Below, piece after piece: positions 18,279 to 27,077 of a stretch of 64,000 nt of DNA. The stretch is from contig JBAYTU010000002.1 of assembly GCA_041675465.1 (NCBI GenBank), positions 17,821 through 81,820 on the forward strand, written 5' to 3'. The translations under genes and the position numbers were made by a program. Each line of letters opens with the position of its first letter. Within the stretch, counting starts at the first letter, position 1. The stretch is from Terrimicrobiaceae bacterium (GTDB lineage Bacteria > Verrucomicrobiota > Verrucomicrobiia > Chthoniobacterales > Terrimicrobiaceae). The notes under the pieces were generated by a model. That model was not told the origin of the DNA and searched no databases. It saw nothing but the letters and a program-made list of their open reading frames with translations.

Positions 18279-19369
18279 TCCGCCCCCTCGCCAAAACATT
18301 CGCCCATCGAGGCGGCCAGGCGATGACAAACGGCCTCCCGCGTAAACAACTGTCGGTATCTGCGCCAACCCGCCATTCCCATGCGCCCCCGCAACCGCTC
18401 GTCCTCGAGCAACCGGACGATGGCATTCCCGATCGCTTCCGGAGAGTCCGGATCCACCGCGAAACCCGTGACATGGTCCTCGACGACCTCCCGCGAGGCA
18501 TCCCGGTTGCCGCAGACGCAGGCCAATCCCCTCGCCATGGCCTCAACGAAAACAAGCCCGAACCCCTCCTGCTTCGAGGGCATGGCAAAAACATCGGTTT
18601 GCGCGTAAATCCCGGCCAGTTGATCGTCCGGGATCCGGCCCAAAAAATTAACCTTCGCCGCCGGCGCCCGAGTTGCCGCGAACCGCTCCAAGTCGGCACG
18701 GTCATCCCCGTCTCCCACGACGGTCAACGTGGCGGCAGGAACCCGCGCGACGACCTGCCGCATCGCCAAAATCAACTCGCGCGCGTTCTTCGCCATGCAG
18801 TGCTTGGTCAATCGCGTCACCAGCAAAACCCGCCCCCCGGACATCCGCGCCCCCTCCGGTTCGGGCGGCGGAACTCCCCCTCCCATGAGCCCGAGGGGCA
18901 GCACTTCGCGGGGCACAAGACGCAAATCGGGATTACTTTTCACGCATTGCCCCAAAGTAAACCCCGAGACAGACACGATGCGATCAGCCCCGCGAATGCC
19001 CCAGCGCGTCCGGGCTTTCAGCCGTCCCCAGACATCGACACCGTGGAAAAAAACGATGTACCGGCATCTCGAACGGAAGGCCAGCAGACGCGCGACAGGC
19101 GACAATCCGGCATGCATGCAGACAACGGCTCCCACATCCCGGGCCGGTCCCTTCAACGCGTGAAACATCATCCGGGGATAATTCCGGCCAAACCGCCGCC
19201 CAACCGGCCCGCAGGGCCCTCCCGTTTCATTGGCCGACCAGACATCGAGGCGGAAACCCAGGTCCTCCAATGTTCTTCCCGCCATCTCCGAAACGCGGCC
19301 GATCCCGTTGAGCCTCCCGTCAAAATACTCGGGGCACAGCATCACGCATCGATCACCGGCTTTTTTCAT
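18275..19369 (-). CDS. GT4 glycosyltransferase
   Basis: ORF 18275..19966 trimmed to ATG 19369 (MKKAGDRCVML...), because the upstream 199 codons overlap the next gene and are Arg/Gly-rich. PSKQEGFGLVFVEAMARGLACV. Confidence 0.85.
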   Translation of the reverse strand: MKKAGDRCVMLCPEYFDGRLNGIGRVSEMAGRTLEDLGFRLDVWSANETGGPCGPVGRRFGRNYPRMMFHALKGPARDVGAVVCMHAGLSPVARLLAFRSRCRYIVFFHGVDVWGRLKARTRWGIRGADRIVSVSGFTLGQCVKSNPDLRLVPREVLPLGLMGGGVPPPEPEGARMSGGRVLLVTRLTKHCMAKNARELILAMRQVVARVPAATLTVVGDGDDRADLERFAATRAPAAKVNFLGRIPDDQLAGIYAQTDVFAMPSKQEGFGLVFVEAMARGLACVCGNRDASREVVEDHVTGFAVDPDSPEAIGNAIVRLLEDERLRGRMGMAGWRRYRQLFTREAVCHRLAASMGECFGEGAE

Positions 19370-19407
19370 CGTGCCCGAATGGTCTGTTCGCAGGGAACCA
19401 CAAAGAT

Positions 19408-20166
19408 CTATCCCCGTCTCGCGCACTGGAGATACCCGAGATTCCCGTGCGTCCGCTGGCTCACCTGGAACCCGTGCCCCTCCAGGATTTTTCCCAGCTC
19501 CGCACCTTCGGCCCAGCCGCCATGATATTCCAGGCTGATCCGCTTCACCCGGCGCAGCCAGGTGGCGGAGGGCGTGATCAGATGATACTCGGCTCCCTCG
19601 ATGTCGCATTTCATGAAATCGCACTCCCCCGCCTGAGCGATATAGGCTTCCGGGGAAAACCGGCTGACATGAGGATCTCCGCCCACCAGCTCGCGGATGA
19701 ACGCGTTCTCTTCTCCCGCGTAGGCATTGAGGAATACGGCGCGCGACGCGAATCCGGCCTGTTCGACATTTGCTTTGGCGACGGCGACAAGGTCCGGCTG
19801 CGCCTCGACGGCGACCACCCGGGCCGCCGGAGCGTTGGCCAGGCCAAAGACCGCAAACACCCCGCAATTGGAACCCAAATCCAGAATGGTGCGGCATCCG
19901 CGGAGATCCTTGGCACCGGCGTAGCATTCGTTGCCGATAATTTCCCGCACGAGCCCCAACGAGCACCCGGCGAACGAGAAGACCCTGCCCGCCGTGCGAA
20001 ACCTGACGGGAGATCCGAAAGCTTCATCGACAACCCCCAGGCTCCCCGCGCGCATCGCCCGTGGCGACAGAACGAGGAGGAGCCACAGCCACTTGAAAAA
20101 TGACCGCGCTTCCAACACGCGGAACACATTCCAGATTTCCCGGGGCAATTTGAGAAGCCTTGGCAT
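19408..20166 (-). CDS. FkbM-family SAM-dependent methyltransferase
   Basis: ILDLGSNCGVFAV and FMKCDIEGAEYHLI motifs. Trimmed to ATG 20166. Confidence 0.8.
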   Translation of the reverse strand: MPRLLKLPREIWNVFRVLEARSFFKWLWLLLVLSPRAMRAGSLGVVDEAFGSPVRFRTAGRVFSFAGCSLGLVREIIGNECYAGAKDLRGCRTILDLGSNCGVFAVFGLANAPAARVVAVEAQPDLVAVAKANVEQAGFASRAVFLNAYAGEENAFIRELVGGDPHVSRFSPEAYIAQAGECDFMKCDIEGAEYHLITPSATWLRRVKRISLEYHGGWAEGAELGKILEGHGFQVSQRTHGNLGYLQCARRG

Positions 20167-20185
20167 AACCCTGGGGAAAACAACC

Positions 20186-21268
20186 TTAACGTCCGACGGG
20201 CGCGGCGGAGTCCTCCGGCAGCGGACCGACAAAATATTCCGGATACCTGCCCATGATGGCCCCGGCAACAACCCGGTGTGCCGCCGCAGTGAAGTGGATG
20301 TCTTTTTTGAAAAAGAGGGTGGAATTTCCATGTGCCTTCCGGCTCGCCAGAAACGGTCCCTCCAAATCGATATAATCGACATGGTTCTCCCGGCACCATG
20401 CACCTGCGCGCGAAGCGAACGGGACCGGGCCGTCGGGGGGATCGCCCAGGATGTCCGCCCGGCGTGAAGGAACGGCAAGCAAGGTCAGTTGGGATCCGTT
20501 GTCCTCCACTTCCTTCTTCAGCCCGAGAATCATCCTTGCAGTCAGCGGAGAGATGTCCGGGCTCACTTCCTGATATTGTCCCGCGTCGGCCACCCTCGGA
20601 TTGTTTTTCGCCGCGAACCCCGCCCGGATTTTGACAGTGGCGAAGCGGAGGGCGCGGAAAAGCGAACTCCTCCGGATCCAGGCCAGAACGGGAGGTTCAG
20701 GCTTGCCGACCACACACAGGGGAAGACCGTCCGCCCCGAATTTCGCCTTCGTGGAATAGACGGAGTCATCATTGACATCGTTCTCGTAGAGCAGGAGGAA
20801 AACATGGGTCGGACGGGTCCCGAGAATGCGGTTCCTCCAGAGGGGAACGTAGACCATCGGACTGTAGCTCGAGACACCCCAGTTGGAAAAAAACACGTCC
20901 GGTGCGGCGGCCCGGTTCAGCATCCCGGCAAAGCTTTTCGAGTAAGGCACCTGGGAGGCCTCGACAAACGAATCTCCAACCAGGGCAACATTGCGGGTGT
21001 GCCGCGCGGGATTCCACGCGATCTTTTTTTCGGGATCGGCCACGCGGCCCTCCGGATCCCAATAGACGACAAACGGGGCGAATTCGTTGTCCGGGCTGTA
21101 GCTCTTGAACGCGAAATCCCGCAACTTGACATGATCCAAAACCGGGTCCGGGATCAGCGGCTCCGAAGCGGGTGGAGGACCGAGAAAACGCAGGCCGACC
21201 TCCAGCAGGCAGATCGCGAAAATCGTGCTCCCGGCAACCAAAAGGATCCTCGCAGCGACCCCCTTCAT
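20186..21268 (-). CDS. Membrane-anchored SGNH/AlgJ-like hydrolase or O-acyltransferase
   Basis: Trimmed to ATG 21268 (MKGVAARILLVAGSTIFAICLL TM anchor). VALVGDSFVE (block I) and KKDIHFTAAAH (D-x-H block). Confidence 0.6.
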   Translation of the reverse strand: MKGVAARILLVAGSTIFAICLLEVGLRFLGPPPASEPLIPDPVLDHVKLRDFAFKSYSPDNEFAPFVVYWDPEGRVADPEKKIAWNPARHTRNVALVGDSFVEASQVPYSKSFAGMLNRAAAPDVFFSNWGVSSYSPMVYVPLWRNRILGTRPTHVFLLLYENDVNDDSVYSTKAKFGADGLPLCVVGKPEPPVLAWIRRSSLFRALRFATVKIRAGFAAKNNPRVADAGQYQEVSPDISPLTARMILGLKKEVEDNGSQLTLLAVPSRRADILGDPPDGPVPFASRAGAWCRENHVDYIDLEGPFLASRKAHGNSTLFFKKDIHFTAAAHRVVAGAIMGRYPEYFVGPLPEDSAAPVGR

Positions 21269-21279
21269 GGAAATCGCAT

Positions 21280-21705
21280 TCAATACTGTCGCTCGTAACC
21301 TGCGGGCTCTCCCTCCTGCTCCAATGGGACCCAATACGTGCCTTCCCCGCGACGCCTGATCTGCAAGGGGTCATGCCCGGACAGCCGCATCGCCACCCCA
21401 ATCGGGAAAAAGGCCAAATAATAGAACGCGGAAAAAAGGAGCGGGAACATGATCTTGCTCCCGGCCCACGCCAACCCCATCCATGCCCAATACGCCGGGA
21501 GAACGATTCGCCAGCCGAGGATGGCGGGAACCCCGATCAGGATCGCTCCCGCGAGCGTTCCGAGCCCGGCATGAAGATGCGGCGTGAACCCCCACGCAAA
21601 CGGCCAAAAGGCCTTGGACAGGCCGATGAGCCCAAAACCGATCAGGATGACAAACCCGAAACCGCGCAGGTCTTTGGCGGTGGGATTCCAGCGGATTTCA
21701 ACCAT
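21280..21705 (-). CDS. SxtJ-like small membrane protein
   Basis: ORF 21280..22017 trimmed to ATG 21705 (MVEIRWNPTAKDLRGFGFVILIGFGLIG...). 141 aa with about 4 TM helices. Sits in the position typical of SxtJ, next to a carbamoyltransferase. Confidence 0.6.
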   Translation of the reverse strand: MVEIRWNPTAKDLRGFGFVILIGFGLIGLSKAFWPFAWGFTPHLHAGLGTLAGAILIGVPAILGWRIVLPAYWAWMGLAWAGSKIMFPLLFSAFYYLAFFPIGVAMRLSGHDPLQIRRRGEGTYWVPLEQEGEPAGYERQY

Positions 21706-21706
21706 A

Positions 21707-21871
21707 TCAGAACAGCGTGTAGATGAAAGGTGCCGCCGCCGGGCTGATCGCCGCCAGCGCAATGAGCGCGGCGAAAATGACCGCGATGACAAGGATCGGG
21801 ACAAGCCAATACGCTTTGTGTTTGGCGAGGAATCCCAGGAGTTCGTTATGCAGCTTTTGACGTTTGGCCAT
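21707..21871 (-). CDS. SxtK/DUF5989-like 54-aa membrane peptide
   Basis: Own translation, below the ORF-track size cutoff: MAKRQKLHNELLGFLAKHKAYWLVPILVIAVIFAALIALAAISPAAAPFIYTLF. The stop is 1 nt before the SxtJ-like ATG. Confidence 0.65.
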   Translation of the reverse strand: MAKRQKLHNELLGFLAKHKAYWLVPILVIAVIFAALIALAAISPAAAPFIYTLF

Positions 21872-21899
21872 ACGGGTTGTGCGGGGTTGAGAGATGGGG

Positions 21900-23726
21900 C
21901 TAATCCAGGTGGAACTGCGCTTTGTATTCTTCGGCTCCCGGCATGTGGGGCTGTTCCTCTTTGAGGAAAATCCGGCTTTCGATCACGAGCGCGTCCATGT
22001 GCGTGAGCATGAAGCACCGGTAGGCATCGGAGGGGGTTCCGACGATCGGCTCGCCGCGGATGTTGAAGCTGGTGTTGACCAGAACGGCGTAGCCCGTCTG
22101 CTTTTGGAATTCTTTGATGAGCCGGTAAAACCGCGGATTGCGGGCTTCGTCGACCGTCTGCACGCGGGCGGAATAATCCACATGCGTGACGGAGGGAATA
22201 TCCGACCGGATGTCGTTCAACTGGTCGATCCCGAATTTTTCCTTGCCGACATCCGAACCGACAACACGCCGCGCCTTGTTCACCGGTGCAACGAGGAGCA
22301 TATACGGGCTCTCCTCATCGAGATCAAAATAATCCGAGACGCATTCCCGGAGCACGGCCGGCGCAAACGGGCGGAACGATTCGCGGAACTTGATTTTCAG
22401 GTTCAAAATCGACTGCATTTTCGTGTTGCGCGGATCCCCGAGAATGCTGCGCCCGCCGAGCGCCCTCGGGCCGAATTCCGCCCGGCCCTGGAACATCCCG
22501 ACCACTTTGCCTTCCGCCAAGAGGGCCGCCACTTTTGTGCAGAGATCGGATTCGGTCGGGCACAGGTGCGACACGGAAGGATGTTTGGCGAGGTCGGCCA
22601 CGATTTGCCCGTCCCCAAACGCCGGCCCCAAAAACGAGCCTTTCATGCTGTCCGTCGAGCCGGTTTTGCGCGGGTTCCCGGCAATCTGGTGCCACCCGAA
22701 AAGCGCCGCGCCCAAGGCACCGCCCGCATCGCCCGCAGCCGGCTGGATCCAGATCGATTCGAAGGGGCCTTCCCGGAGCAGCTTCCCGTTCGCCACGCAA
22801 TTGAGCGCCACCCCTCCGGCCAGGCAAAGGTTTTTCAGCCCGGTTTGCGCATGCACGTGTCTCCCGCACCGCAGCATCACCTCCTCGGCCACCGCCTGGA
22901 TGCTGGCGGCAAGATCCATTTCCCGCTGGGTGAGCCGACTCTCCTGGCGGCGGGGCCCGCCCCCGAACAGCCGGTGGAACTTCCCGTTCGTCATCGTGAG
23001 CCCCTGGCAATAGTTGAAATAGCTTTGGTCGAGCCAAAACGACCCGTCTTCCTTCAAGTCGATCAGGTGGTCGTAGATCGCCCGCGTATACTTCGGCTCC
23101 CCGTAGGGTGCCAGGCCCATCACCTTGTATTCGCCGGAATTGACCTTGAACCCCGTGTAGTAGGTGAACGCGCTGTAGAGCAGGCCCAGGGAATGCGGAA
23201 ATCGGATTTCGTTGCGGAGGCGGATCCGGTTCCCCTTTCCCTCTCCCCACGTCGCCGTGCTCCACTCCCCCACCCCGTCGAGCGTGAGGATCGCCGCCTC
23301 CTCATACGGGGAGGGAAAAAACGCGCTCGCCGCATGGCTCTCGTGATGGGAGGTGAAGTAAATCGGCCCCCGGAACTCGTCGTGAAACCCCCGGTCGATC
23401 TCTTTTGGCAAAAACAGCTTTTGCTTGAGCCAGAGCGGCATGGCCAGAAAGAATGATCTCAATCCCCGTGGGGCAAACGCCAGATACGTCTCCAGAATCC
23501 GCGCGAATTTCAGGATCGGCTTGTCATAAAACACCACCGCGTCGAGCGAGGAAGCCGTCAGCCCCGCCTCGCGAAGACAGAACTCGATCGCGTGCGCCGG
23601 AAAACGGAAATCATGCTTCACGCGCGAAAACCGCTCCTCCTGCGCGGCGGCGACAATTTCGCCGTCGACGACCAGCGCGGCCGCGCTGTCGTGGTAAAAG
23701 GCTGAGATCCCGAGGAATGACTTCAT
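21900..23726 (-). CDS. Carbamoyltransferase (NodU/CmcH/SxtI family)
   Basis: 608 aa. LGISAFYHDSAAALVVDGEIVAAAQEERFSRVKHD N-terminus and NTSFNIRGEPIV C-terminal motif. Confidence 0.92.
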   Translation of the reverse strand: MKSFLGISAFYHDSAAALVVDGEIVAAAQEERFSRVKHDFRFPAHAIEFCLREAGLTASSLDAVVFYDKPILKFARILETYLAFAPRGLRSFFLAMPLWLKQKLFLPKEIDRGFHDEFRGPIYFTSHHESHAASAFFPSPYEEAAILTLDGVGEWSTATWGEGKGNRIRLRNEIRFPHSLGLLYSAFTYYTGFKVNSGEYKVMGLAPYGEPKYTRAIYDHLIDLKEDGSFWLDQSYFNYCQGLTMTNGKFHRLFGGGPRRQESRLTQREMDLAASIQAVAEEVMLRCGRHVHAQTGLKNLCLAGGVALNCVANGKLLREGPFESIWIQPAAGDAGGALGAALFGWHQIAGNPRKTGSTDSMKGSFLGPAFGDGQIVADLAKHPSVSHLCPTESDLCTKVAALLAEGKVVGMFQGRAEFGPRALGGRSILGDPRNTKMQSILNLKIKFRESFRPFAPAVLRECVSDYFDLDEESPYMLLVAPVNKARRVVGSDVGKEKFGIDQLNDIRSDIPSVTHVDYSARVQTVDEARNPRFYRLIKEFQKQTGYAVLVNTSFNIRGEPIVGTPSDAYRCFMLTHMDALVIESRIFLKEEQPHMPGAEEYKAQFHLD

Positions 23727-23741
23727 GAAATTGGCAGGTTC

Positions 23742-24977
23742 TTATCGGCGATCCGAGGGGGGCTGGCAACAAGTTTCAAAGCGGTCCAATGCCTGGGCAA
23801 GGGTGTATTTTTTGAGATAAGCCTCCCTCGCCCGCCTCCCCATTTCATGCGCCCGGGCTGGATCGTCTGCCAAGGCCACGATGGCGCGGGCAAGCATCAT
23901 CGCATCCCCGGGCCGCACTAGAAGACCGCAATCCTCTTCGAGCACGACACGGGCGATTTCCGAGTCCCCGGGCACCGCCGCGATCACCGGACGCCCGGAA
24001 GCGAGGATGCCGTAGAGTTTGCAAGGCACAGCCAACCCCTCCAGCCCGTTCCGCTGCGAAATCAAGGCGGCATGGCAGGCGGAAAGGGAATCCGCCAGAC
24101 GGTCCTTTGGCTGAAATGGCAGCCACCGGATGTTGGACAAATCGTGTTCGGACGCCAGGCATTCGGCGGAAGCTCTCCGTCTCCCGCCCCCGACCATCAG
24201 AAAACAAATGTCTTCCCTGCCGCGCAAAAAAACCGCGGCCTCCACGATTTGCTCCAAATCGTGCCAGAGGCCCATGTTGCCGGAATATTGGACGACAAAC
24301 CGATGCTCCAGCCCGAGCTCCCGAAAAAGCGCTGTCGCCCCCGCAAGGGTTCCGTCCGCCGGTTCGACCGGGCTCCAGTGGGGAATCACATGGGTTTTTT
24401 CGGAGTCCAGTCCGTAAATGGATCGCAGGCGTCCGGCCATGTCGCGTCCGAGCGCGACAGTGAACTCCGCATTCCGAAACGCCCACCCGTTCAGGGATCT
24501 CCAGAATTTCACGATCATCCCCTCCCGCATCACCCCGAGGGCAACCAGTCCATCCGGATAAAGATCCTGGATTTCCAGAGCATAACGCCCGCGGCAAAGC
24601 TTCCGGAAAAACGATGCCCAAACCGGCAGGAAGGGAGGATTGGTAACAACCAGCGCCAGCCTGTCGGGATCCTTGAGAAGCTCCAGCGCGGCTCCTCCCA
24701 TATACGCGGCGTAGTGGATCGCGCGGAACCCCAGCGAGCGCTTGAAATCCAGCCGCACCCCGACCCGCCGGATTTCGACTCCCCGCCAGCGCTCCCGCGC
24801 GGGCACCCGCCCAACACCATCACCCGGCGGAAAACCGCAGATGACACGGATATCCCAGCCCCGGGCAGCCAGCCCGGACGTCCAGTCGGCAAAAAGCTGC
24901 GCCGTGGATTGCCCGTCGGGGTGGAAGACCTGGCAATACAGCGTCAGGGCTTTCCCGCTGGAAACAGGTTCCGGCAT
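23742..24977 (-). CDS. GT4 glycosyltransferase (WcaI-like)
   Basis: 411 aa. LTLYCQVFHPDGQSTAQLFADW N-terminus and VPCKLYGILASGRPVIAAV motif. Confidence 0.8.
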   Translation of the reverse strand: MPEPVSSGKALTLYCQVFHPDGQSTAQLFADWTSGLAARGWDIRVICGFPPGDGVGRVPARERWRGVEIRRVGVRLDFKRSLGFRAIHYAAYMGGAALELLKDPDRLALVVTNPPFLPVWASFFRKLCRGRYALEIQDLYPDGLVALGVMREGMIVKFWRSLNGWAFRNAEFTVALGRDMAGRLRSIYGLDSEKTHVIPHWSPVEPADGTLAGATALFRELGLEHRFVVQYSGNMGLWHDLEQIVEAAVFLRGREDICFLMVGGGRRRASAECLASEHDLSNIRWLPFQPKDRLADSLSACHAALISQRNGLEGLAVPCKLYGILASGRPVIAAVPGDSEIARVVLEEDCGLLVRPGDAMMLARAIVALADDPARAHEMGRRAREAYLKKYTLAQALDRFETCCQPPSDRR

Positions 24978-24979
24978 GC

Positions 24980-25540
24980 TCAGTGCGCAACCCCCTCGCC
25001 GCAGAGAGCCTTCACAAATGTCATGGCAAGGATTTTCAAATCGAAAGCCAGGGACATGCGCCGCATATACTCCGCGTCAAACCCGACCTTGACCGGTATG
25101 GGCAACTCGTCCCGGCCGTTCACCTGCGCCCATCCCGTCAGCCCGGGAAGCAGAACATCGACCCCCGCCTCGGCGCGCAGGGCGATCAAATCAGCCTGGT
25201 TGAACAGGGCGGGACGCGGGCCGACAAAACTCATCTCCCCCTTCAGGATGCTCCAAAGCTGGGGAAGCTCATCCAAACTCGTCTTGCGCAAAAACCTTCC
25301 CACCGGGGTGATGAAAACCTCTGCGGAGGCGAGCAGGTGGGTTGCCACCTGCGGGGTATCGACACGCATCGTCCGGAATTTCGGCATCGAAAATATCTTG
25401 TTGTGGCGGCCGACACGCTTCGACCAGTGGAGTGCCTGCCCGGGAGAAGAAAGCCGGATGGCGGCCCACAGAAACGCAAGAACCGGCAGCAAGGCCAGCA
25501 GGAGGGCCAGGGAGAAAAATAGATCAAACAGTCGTTTCAT
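24980..25540 (-). CDS. Initiating polyprenyl-phosphate sugar-phosphate transferase (small monotopic PGT, PglC/WbaP C-domain type)
   Basis: Trimmed to ATG 25540 (MKRLFDLFFSLALLLALLP). PKFRTM and DELPQLWSILKGEMSFVGPRP motifs. Confidence 0.9.
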   Translation of the reverse strand: MKRLFDLFFSLALLLALLPVLAFLWAAIRLSSPGQALHWSKRVGRHNKIFSMPKFRTMRVDTPQVATHLLASAEVFITPVGRFLRKTSLDELPQLWSILKGEMSFVGPRPALFNQADLIALRAEAGVDVLLPGLTGWAQVNGRDELPIPVKVGFDAEYMRRMSLAFDLKILAMTFVKALCGEGVAH

Positions 25541-25550
25541 CCGCCCCCCT

Positions 25551-27077
25551 TCAGGCCGCCCGTCGGGCGATGAGCCCCAAAACCCGCTTCCTGACATCTT
25601 TGTCGAGCGATTTCCATTGAAAGAATGCCAGGATCAGAATACCCGAACCCGCGAAAAATACCGACCAGATGGCGAGGGAAGGAAAACGCGCGCAGACAAA
25701 CAGCCCGAGACCCATCGCCCCGATTTGGGCGAGGGAAAGGAAAACCGGCACCAGCGGAATATCGCCTCCCAAATCTCTAAGGCAACGGCGGGCCGCAAAA
25801 AAACAGACCGCCGCAGCCAATCCCTCCCCGGCCAACAGACTCAACCCCGCAACGGATATTCCGCCCTTTTGCAAAAACAGCCAAGCCAGGGGCAAAGTCG
25901 CGAGGGCCCTCGCGAAAACCGCCATCGTCTGGGGCGGAAGGAGGTTCACCCCATGCAAATACGTCTGGAGCGGGGTCGCCCATTGACGGAAACAAACCGA
26001 CACCACCACCAGTGCAAACAGGAGCGGGTCGAAAGGCAGGACTCCGCGCGTCCAAAGTGTGTAGAGCGGTTCGAGAACGGGGGCCCCGGCGCTGAACCCC
26101 AGGCAGACGAGGGTCCCCGCAGCGCACCACGCAAACCCGAACACCGCAGCAAGCTTCGACGGCTCACGCTGAAAATGGTATCGCACCACGTCGGGCAGCA
26201 CCGGATACAAAATCACGGACACCCCCTGGAGGGCGGTGTTGGCGACCGTGCGGATTGTCGTGAATACGGCCACTTCGACCGGAGCGAGGATCGCCATCAC
26301 CAGCAGGACGAGCCCGCTCGATGCCAGTTGCTCCACAAGGCCGTTGACCGTCAAAACCAGCGAGGCCCGAAAGTTCTTCCAAGCCAGCGGCAGGTCCCCT
26401 CCCCTCCACCACGGATACAGCTCCGGCCACAGCCTCCGGACATCCCAAAACATATAGAGGTTGCAGATTCCCCATGCCACGATTTGGGCCAGCATCGCTC
26501 CCGCGATGGAAGCGCCCAGAGCCGCAGCTCCCACCAGCGCCAAAAACCCCGCGAGGTAGTAGCAGATGGAGATCGCCTGCGCGCGGGCAAAAAGGCCTGC
26601 CGGCTGATACAGCCTTGCCAGAACACCTCCGACCGAACCCTGGGCAACCCAAAAAAGCAGGTAGGCAAAAAATGCGATCCGGAACCCCTCCCTGCCCGCC
26701 CCATCCGGCACCGGCCCGCTCAACCATTCCACCCTCCCGAAAAAAAACAGGAGAACGCCCGCCAGAAGCTCGACCATCGCGATGGCGAACGCACACAACA
26801 CCCCCGATGCGAATACCGACCTCAGCCGCCGCCGGTCGACAACCCAATACCTGTTGAACAGGTTGCCCACGAAGCTCTGATGCCCGATGTCGAGCCTGGT
26901 CACGAGCGAAGTCGCCGCGATGACCGCCATCCACATCCCGTATTCCGACGGGCTCCAAAACCTCAGCAGGATGGGGACCTGCACAAGCGTCTGCAGCATG
27001 GACAGGAAAAACGAGACGCCGGCCAGGAGGGAACCCGACGCCACACGCCGCTCGACCGGAAGGGATTTCTGGATCAA
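25551..27077 (-). CDS. wzx: Wzx-like oligosaccharide flippase (MOP superfamily)
   Basis: 508 aa with about 12-14 TM helices and no soluble domain. Located next to the PGT. TTG start in a TTGA overlap. Confidence 0.65.
   Translation of the reverse strand: MIQKSLPVERRVASGSLLAGVSFFLSMLQTLVQVPILLRFWSPSEYGMWMAVIAATSLVTRLDIGHQSFVGNLFNRYWVVDRRRLRSVFASGVLCAFAIAMVELLAGVLLFFFGRVEWLSGPVPDGAGREGFRIAFFAYLLFWVAQGSVGGVLARLYQPAGLFARAQAISICYYLAGFLALVGAAALGASIAGAMLAQIVAWGICNLYMFWDVRRLWPELYPWWRGGDLPLAWKNFRASLVLTVNGLVEQLASSGLVLLVMAILAPVEVAVFTTIRTVANTALQGVSVILYPVLPDVVRYHFQREPSKLAAVFGFAWCAAGTLVCLGFSAGAPVLEPLYTLWTRGVLPFDPLLFALVVVSVCFRQWATPLQTYLHGVNLLPPQTMAVFARALATLPLAWLFLQKGGISVAGLSLLAGEGLAAAVCFFAARRCLRDLGGDIPLVPVFLSLAQIGAMGLGLFVCARFPSLAIWSVFFAGSGILILAFFQWKSLDKDVRKRVLGLIARRAA

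Noticed and set aside
18275-19966. Long N-terminal extensions of several ORF-track ORFs (18275..19966, 27074..28177, 27766..28728, 16285..17286, 50753..52138, 21280..22017, 46970..48145)
   Set aside because: The extensions overlap the 3' part of the upstream gene by 100-600 nt and are Arg/Gly-rich. They disappear when an internal ATG or GTG is used, which either forms a 4-nt overlap with the upstream stop or begins a typical family N-terminus.
21894-23456. Plus-strand 520-aa ORF, and similar long plus-strand ORFs (2576..3718, 12064..13299, 13334..14335, 17109..18203, 18323..19525, 34474..35952, 62013..63293)
   Set aside because: Each lies entirely antisense to a minus-strand gene with clear family motifs. 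Their compositions are Arg/Pro/Gly-dominated and no motifs are recognisable. I found no convincing plus-strand gene anywhere in the window.
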